Below, in pieces: positions 59,323 to 64,000 of a stretch of DNA of 64,000 nucleotides. The notes below the pieces were generated by a model, which made no database searches, was not told the DNA's origin, and saw only the letters and a list, made by a program, of their open reading frames with translations. The stretch's first letter is position 1. The number at the start of each line of letters is the position of its first letter. The DNA is taken from the sequence record LR756500.1; one strand, written 5' to 3'. The position numbers were made by a program, and so were the translations under genes.

Positions 59323-59649
59323 TTACTCTTCGTTATCGATATCTTTTTGAGTTTTTGTTTCAAATTTAACTCTTAATCCTTTAAGGTGAGCAAACATATC
59401 AACAAAAATTACATCTTTAAGTTTACTTATAATATTATTTGCTTCTTTTTTATCTATATTATAAATTGATAATCTTTTAACTTTACCAATATATTTAAAA
59501 TCAGAATTTTGTTTATGATATATTATTAAATGCTTAGTGTCACTATCATAAACAAACATAGCATCTTTATTTTCATAAGATGAAATAGATCCATAAGTTG
59601 GTCCAAATTCTTCAAATATTTCGTAAGGTAATAATTTATTAGTTAACAT
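59323..59649 (-). CDS. hypothetical protein
   Basis: 108-aa ORF. Confidence 0.65.
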   Translation of the reverse strand: MLTNKLLPYEIFEEFGPTYGSISSYENKDAMFVYDSDTKHLIIYHKQNSDFKYIGKVKRLSIYNIDKKEANNIISKLKDVIFVDMFAHLKGLRVKFETKTQKDIDNEE

Positions 59650-59659
59650 ACTTTTTATT

Positions 59660-59863
59660 TTATTTATCCCTTAAAGAAATATTTTCTAATTTAACATGTT
59701 GAATAGGAAATCTATCAACAATAGCACATAATCCCCAGCTCGGAAAAAATTTATTATAACCTAAAAAATCTAAAGTTCCCCCTATGGTTTGATTTTTGTC
59801 TGTAGTATTTTTTATTAAAACTTTCTTATTAAGAAATTTATTCTGGGCTTCCTGTAATGTCAT
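59660..59863 (-). CDS. hypothetical protein
   Basis: 67-aa ORF. Confidence 0.6.
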   Translation of the reverse strand: MTLQEAQNKFLNKKVLIKNTTDKNQTIGGTLDFLGYNKFFPSWGLCAIVDRFPIQHVKLENISLRDK

Positions 59864-60341
59864 TTGCTTCTTTTATTATTCGTTCTCTTTCTAATCTAGC
59901 TGCTTTTAATTCTTCATTTGATTTCCATTCATAATTAGCATCTATATCTTTAGAACATTTTTCGCATTTTACCATATACCATCTTGATGTGGTTCTACCT
60001 ATATTTTCTTTAGATCCGCAATCTTCACATGTTTCAAAAGATTCATTTTCAGCTGCATTTATTAATTCATAAATATAATCATCTCCATGATCTATATAAA
60101 ATCTTAAGCCTCCAAATTTTTCTTTTATTTGATGAAGTGTAACCATAAATTTTTCATCTTCAGGTTTATTATCTAAATATGTTTTTATATTTAACATTAA
60201 TTTATCTAATATATCATACCAACCATCATTACATTCCATACCAAATAATTTAATAGAATGCATAGGGCCTTCTTCTCTTTTTAATTCACCAAAAAATTCT
60301 GGATATTTTTCTATAAGTTTTAATTCTAATTCTTCTTTCAT
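59838..60341 (-). CDS. conserved phage hypothetical protein with a Zn-ribbon
   Basis: QIKEKFGGLRFY...CEDCG...CEKC. Confidence 0.75.
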   Translation of the reverse strand: MKEELELKLIEKYPEFFGELKREEGPMHSIKLFGMECNDGWYDILDKLMLNIKTYLDNKPEDEKFMVTLHQIKEKFGGLRFYIDHGDDYIYELINAAENESFETCEDCGSKENIGRTTSRWYMVKCEKCSKDIDANYEWKSNEELKAARLERERIIKEANDITGSPE

Positions 60342-60342
60342 T

Positions 60343-60669
60343 TTAAAATAATGGATTAAGTGGATAATATTTTTGTATATATTTTAATAAAATTTGTCCA
60401 TGACATATTAATTTATCATCATCTTTATATTCGATACATTCAGTACAATAACATCCTAATGTTTTATTTTTTAAACTTTCTAATTTATTAAATAATATTT
60501 GATTATTTAATAAATATTTTTCATATTCTATAATGGCTTCTTTAACTGAATCTACTTTATATTTAGCAAGTGTTCCTTCTTTATGACTGAACGGATTACC
60601 CCATATCGAGGGTCTTCCTATATAAACATCGTAATTAGATTTTTTAATATTTACTAATTTAGCCATCAA
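60343..60669 (-). CDS. DUF4326 family protein
   Basis: YIGRPSIWGNPF...LGCYC...CHGQIL. Confidence 0.8.
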   Translation of the reverse strand: MMAKLVNIKKSNYDVYIGRPSIWGNPFSHKEGTLAKYKVDSVKEAIIEYEKYLLNNQILFNKLESLKNKTLGCYCTECIEYKDDDKLICHGQILLKYIQKYYPLNPLF

Positions 60670-61069
60670 AATATGTTTTTTCTATATCATTACAATTAAT
60701 CAAATGTAACATGTCGTAAAGTTGCATATCTACTAATAAAGCTTTTCCACCATTTCTATTAATCATTTCTACTTCATCCCACATATCATCAAAGTGTAAA
60801 TCAAAACCTCCTCTAGCATATTCACCTTGTTTAAATGCTCCATTAGTATATATAACTTTATTCTTTGGAATTTCAAGATATTTAATTACTTGATATAAAT
60901 CACTATTTTGACTTGACGTTCCTAGTATAGCACCGTTTTCATCTCTTATATAATCATCTTGTCTACTAGTTAACACCCAAACATCAGCTCCAGCTTTAAT
61001 TAAAAGCTTAGCTAACTCTCTAATATGAGGTTCTGATAATGTCATATCGTAATCAAATGATATTTTCAT
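60659..61069 (-). CDS. HAD-like protein
   Basis: ISFDYDMTL, LTSR and LHFDD. Confidence 0.65.
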   Translation of the reverse strand: MKISFDYDMTLSEPHIRELAKLLIKAGADVWVLTSRQDDYIRDENGAILGTSSQNSDLYQVIKYLEIPKNKVIYTNGAFKQGEYARGGFDLHFDDMWDEVEMINRNGGKALLVDMQLYDMLHLINCNDIEKTYFDG

Positions 61070-61097
61070 AATATTATATGAATATTGGAAATTTTGT

Positions 61098-61415
61098 TTA
61101 AAAATATTTAAAAAAATTATACAACTTTCTAGATTTAAGATAATTTAAATTTGTATCATTTAAATATGCTTCCTTTTCAAACGATATATTATAATATCCT
61201 TTAGTATAAAATTCTATTAAATAGATAATATAAAAGGGAATTACTAATAATTCTAATTGTTGAGTTAAATGTATACGTTCGTGATTAATTAATTCCTTTG
61301 TTATTTTTGTATTCTTAGATAAAAATATAAATGGCCATATTGTAATTGCATCTGCATCCATATTACCTACAAAGAAGCAAAAAAACTTTAACCACTTGTC
61401 ACTAATTATTATCAT
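61098..61415 (-). CDS. zincin-like (HExxH) small protein
   Basis: AITIWPFI...HERIH..QQ...Y..ISFEKEAY; the track start overlaps a tRNA, ATG at 61415 preferred. Confidence 0.7.
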   Translation of the reverse strand: MIIISDKWLKFFCFFVGNMDADAITIWPFIFLSKNTKITKELINHERIHLTQQLELLVIPFYIIYLIEFYTKGYYNISFEKEAYLNDTNLNYLKSRKLYNFFKYF

Positions 61416-61428
61416 ATGTTTATATTTG

Positions 61429-61500
61429 AGCGAGATATCAGGATTGAACTGACGGCCCTTGGTTTGGAAAACCAATGCTCTACCACTGAGCTAATCTCGC
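61429..61500 (-). tRNA. trnG: tRNA-Gly (TCC), no encoded CCA
   Basis: Cloverleaf: GCGAGAT/ATCTCGC acceptor, TTGGT-TTTCCAA-ACCAA anticodon arm, TTCAATC T-loop. Confidence 0.9.
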
Positions 61501-61507
61501 ATTTTAA

Positions 61508-62089
61508 TTAACTAATTAAAACATCATATAATAAATTAATTTGATATTCTAAATCTTCTTTTAATCCATTATTATAAATAACATAATCAGAATTTTTAAC
61601 TCTATAAATATCTGTAATTTGTTGTTTATTAATTCTTTTAATAACATCTTCTCTTGTACAATTATTTCTCTTTATTACTCTTTCTATTCTTTTTTCTATT
61701 GGTGAAACAACAGATATCATTTTATTATAAGAATCTTCATCATTTTTTTCGAATATAATTGCATTTTCGATAATTACAAATGGCTTTTTTTGTATTTTAC
61801 ACCAATAATCTATTTCTAATTCTACATAAGGATGAATTATTCTTTCAATTTTATAAAGTTTATCGTTATCATTAAAAATAATAGAAGCTACTTTTTCTCT
61901 ATTTAAACTTTTATCTGGGAAATAAACATCACCTAATAAATCAATAACTTTTTCTTTAATAGCATCATTTAAATATGCATCTCTTGCAATTTGATCTGCA
62001 TTTAATACTGGAACACCTAATTTTGAAAATAAAAAAGCTACAGTACTTTTACCTGCACCTATACCACCTGTTAAACCTATTTTTGCCAT
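61508..62089 (-). CDS. coaE: dephospho-CoA kinase
   Basis: IGLTGGIGAGKS, LNADQIAR, IIHPYV and RVIKRN; ATG at 62089. Confidence 0.92.
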   Translation of the reverse strand: MAKIGLTGGIGAGKSTVAFLFSKLGVPVLNADQIARDAYLNDAIKEKVIDLLGDVYFPDKSLNREKVASIIFNDNDKLYKIERIIHPYVELEIDYWCKIQKKPFVIIENAIIFEKNDEDSYNKMISVVSPIEKRIERVIKRNNCTREDVIKRINKQQITDIYRVKNSDYVIYNNGLKEDLEYQINLLYDVLIS

Positions 62090-62111
62090 ATTAAATCTAT
62101 TTAAAAATTTG

Positions 62112-62185
62112 AGCCTCCAGTAGGATTCGAACCCACGGCCCTCTCGGTACAAACGAGATGCTCCGACCAACTGAGCTATAGAGGC
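62112..62185 (-). tRNA. trnT: tRNA-Thr (TGT), no encoded CCA
   Basis: GCCTCTA/TGGAGGC acceptor, TCTCG-TTTGTAC-CGAGA anticodon arm, GGTTCGAATCC. Confidence 0.92.
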
Positions 62186-62187
62186 AT

Positions 62188-62225
62188 TGGAGCGGGCTCG
62201 GCGATTCAACCGAGGATCATCCCGC
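62188..62225 (-). ncRNA. tRNA-Gly-like minihelix (acceptor and T-arm only, with CCA)
   Basis: GCGGGATGATCCTCGGTTGAATCGCCGAGCCCGCTCCA. Confidence 0.55.
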
Positions 62226-62237
62226 ATATTTTATTAG

Positions 62238-62309
62238 AGCGAGATATCAGAATTAAACTGACGACCTGAACATTGGCAATGTTCCGCTCTATCACTGAGC
62301 TAATCTCGC
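62238..62309 (-). tRNA. trnG: tRNA-Gly (GCC) with atypical T-loop TTTAATT, no CCA
   Basis: GCGAGAT/ATCTCGC acceptor, GAACA-TTGCCAA-TGTTC anticodon arm. Confidence 0.85.
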
Positions 62310-62447
62310 ATTGTGTAGTTTTTGTAATATCCCCTGAACTACTAACAGTGCTAACCTATGATTTAGAGAACAGTTGCGCATTATTAAGAGGCAGTTCATA
62401 TCTTCGATCCATTATAGTGCACCATAAGAGGGCTAATTTCTAAATTG

Positions 62448-62519
62448 TTGTCTCTCACTGAGTCGAACAGTGATTTTTAGATCCAAATTCTAATATAATA
62501 ACCATTATATCAAGAGACA
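62448..62519 (-). tRNA. trnQ: tRNA-Gln (TTG), AT-rich, no CCA
   Basis: TGTCTCT/AGAGACA acceptor, TTAGA-ATTTGGA-TCTAA anticodon arm, CACTG-TTCGACT-CAGTG T-arm. Confidence 0.8.
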
Positions 62520-62529
62520 ATTTAAAATG

Positions 62530-62580
62530 CGTAATAAAATAAAACAACGTTTCAACATGTTTCAATTTTATTTTATTACG
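62530..62580. repeat. 15-bp perfect inverted repeat between tRNAs
   Basis: cgtaataaaataaaa (62530-44) / ttttattttattacg (62566-80). Confidence 0.85.
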
Positions 62581-62673
62581 ACTATATAACAATAAGCAGC
62601 TGACTACTAATTTCAGCATGTCTCCGTTTAAATTATCACTAACCCTAGGTGTAGAGAACTTATTATTACATTG

Positions 62674-62753
62674 TGGAATCGGAGGGATTCGAACCCCCAA
62701 GTCTTTCGAGCCTGATCTACAGTCAGGTAGGCCACCAATTGCCCAACAATTCC
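62674..62753 (-). tRNA. trnY: tRNA-Tyr (GTA), no CCA
   Basis: GGAATTG/CGATTCC acceptor, CCTGA-CTGTAGA-TCAGG anticodon arm, long variable arm, GGTTCGAATCC. Confidence 0.92.
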
Positions 62754-62756
62754 AAT

Positions 62757-63029
62757 TTATACTAATTCACTTAAAATTTGCCATTTAAATTTATCTTCTT
62801 CTAAATCAATTCTTTGCATTACTAATGCTCTCAATATTCCGTAACTATTAACTGAAATATTTTCTTTAAATTTATCCATTGCATCATTAATAGATAAAAA
62901 ACTTATCTTAGGTTCTTTTCCTTCATTACGTTCTATCTTTGTTAAATTTTCAATTATTTTACATACATTATATTCATTTAATTCATAAGAAACTGATACA
63001 TAATTTGATATTAAATATAATTTTTTCAT
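62757..63029 (-). CDS. hypothetical protein
   Basis: 90-aa ORF. Confidence 0.65.
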   Translation of the reverse strand: MKKLYLISNYVSVSYELNEYNVCKIIENLTKIERNEGKEPKISFLSINDAMDKFKENISVNSYGILRALVMQRIDLEEDKFKWQILSELV

Positions 63030-63328
63030 TTAGATAACTCTTTAAAATAATTATAAACTTTTTTAAATATATTAATTTTTTCTTTGATATCTTCTTTAAT
63101 ATTAACTTGGCTATAGCCTATTCCAATTTGATTATTAGCAGTTTGAATTGTTTCAGTAATTATAACTTCTTCATTTTCATTTTCATCTAAAGAGTTAATT
63201 TTTAATCTACCTTCCTCGTAATATGAATAATAATTTGATTTAATTTTTTCTATAATAAAATTTGAAGGTATTTTACTTTCATTTTCATAAAATATTTTAT
63301 TGCCTGTTTCAATATGTTCTAATATCAT
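63026..63328 (-). CDS. hypothetical protein
   Basis: 100-aa ORF. Confidence 0.65.
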   Translation of the reverse strand: MILEHIETGNKIFYENESKIPSNFIIEKIKSNYYSYYEEGRLKINSLDENENEEVIITETIQTANNQIGIGYSQVNIKEDIKEKINIFKKVYNYFKELSK

Positions 63329-63331
63329 AGC

Positions 63332-63661
63332 CTATTTATTTTGATTATTAATTTTTAATTTTTCTAATAAATCTTCTGTATCTTTAAGAGTTTTAGCAAA
63401 ATGTTTTTCTTTGTTTAAAACTCCTTGCCTATTAGCTTCATGCTTATCTAAATTTAAATTATTCAATAAGTCAGATGCTATTGATTTAGCATTTAAAAGA
63501 TCATTTGCTTTATAAGTCTTTGAAGGAATATAGGTATCACTTTTATGAGATTCTCTTAAATCTATTAGATGACCACAATTATAACTAAAAGATATTTCTT
63601 TATTAATGGTTCCTTCTACATAACCATACCTTTTTGTCCATTTTATTCTAGGCTTTCTCAT
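63332..63661 (-). CDS. hypothetical protein
   Basis: 109-aa ORF. Confidence 0.65.
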   Translation of the reverse strand: MRKPRIKWTKRYGYVEGTINKEISFSYNCGHLIDLRESHKSDTYIPSKTYKANDLLNAKSIASDLLNNLNLDKHEANRQGVLNKEKHFAKTLKDTEDLLEKLKINNQNK

Positions 63662-63953
63662 CTTTAACTATTTTAATTAATTCTCTTAAACTTTCTAATT
63701 CAGCCTCTTCATAAGAAGATAAATTTTTCCAAGGAGTACCTTTTATTGTCCAACTAGTAATTTCACTTTCAGTTCCTCTATTACCGACAACTTTTCTAAT
63801 AGGAATATGTAAATTATATTTTTCTCTAAACCATCTAAAAGCTTGTTGATATAATGGTGCTTTAATGTAAACTCCATTATAAAATGCTAATTTATAATCT
63901 TTTATATAAATAGATTTATCATCTAAAAAAAACTGCAAAACATTCTTCATCAA
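63648..63953 (-). CDS. hypothetical phage protein
   Basis: APLYQQAFRWFREKYNLHI...SYEEAELE. Confidence 0.7.
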   Translation of the reverse strand: MMKNVLQFFLDDKSIYIKDYKLAFYNGVYIKAPLYQQAFRWFREKYNLHIPIRKVVGNRGTESEITSWTIKGTPWKNLSSYEEAELESLRELIKIVKDEKA

Positions 63954-64000
63954 ATCCTAATTCTTTAAGAGTTAACGTTTCTTCATAAGGTACAAATTCT

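Noticed and set aside
62090-62700. N-terminal extension of CoaE and ORF 62455..62700
   Set aside because: Both read through tRNA genes; CoaE starts at 62089.
1-64000. Stop-codon reassignment as in some jumbo phages
   Set aside because: Long conserved genes are intact in code 11, and TAG and TGA both act as normal stops (for example at 2598 and 24212).
1-64000. Bacterial chromosome or prophage
   Set aside because: Metabolic genes are scattered among rIIA/rIIB, an endolysin and many tiny ORFs, with no housekeeping synteny, no rRNA and no intact integrase.

Overview
A 64-kb piece of a very AT-rich (by eye ~20-25% GC) large lytic dsDNA phage genome in the standard genetic code. It is T4-like in carrying rIIA/rIIB, phoH, tRNAs, an RNA ligase and a ClpP-like protease. 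The host is inferred to be a Bacteroidota member: a repeated TTATTATATTT(A/G) promoter matches the TAnnTTTG -7 box, gene starts are A-rich without Shine-Dalgarno sites, and it encodes Bacteroidota-style lipoproteins, an ECF sigma factor and a T9SS-sorted protein. Layout: (1) 1-11.2 kb, small individually promoted + strand genes with long structured spacers and abrupt G/C-skew reversals (candidate origin near 11.26 kb); (2) 11.7-17.0 kb, seven otherwise mostly unrelated genes, two of them LRR proteins, sharing an N-terminal MK[YF][IL]xxYxxF peptide resembling the T4 capsid-targeting sequence (read directly in five, predicted under N-runs in two), six of which also share a C-terminal NAD[DE]FG tag; (3) GH19 endolysin plus a holin candidate; (4) 18-64 kb, a dense - strand accessory region. 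That region holds a major-vault-protein-like gene, a WGR-PARP, macrodomain and ARH erasers, NAD salvage (pncB, nadM-Nudix), CoA genes (coaB, a coaC relic, coaD-HD, coaE), RNA repair, a phoH fractured by an atypically split intein around a Vsr-like endonuclease, integron-cassette-like relics, IF3, five tRNAs and a tRNA-Gly-like minihelix. All family assignments come from motif recognition by eye; no searches were run. Six short N-runs limit reading at 4.3 kb and 11.7-14.6 kb.
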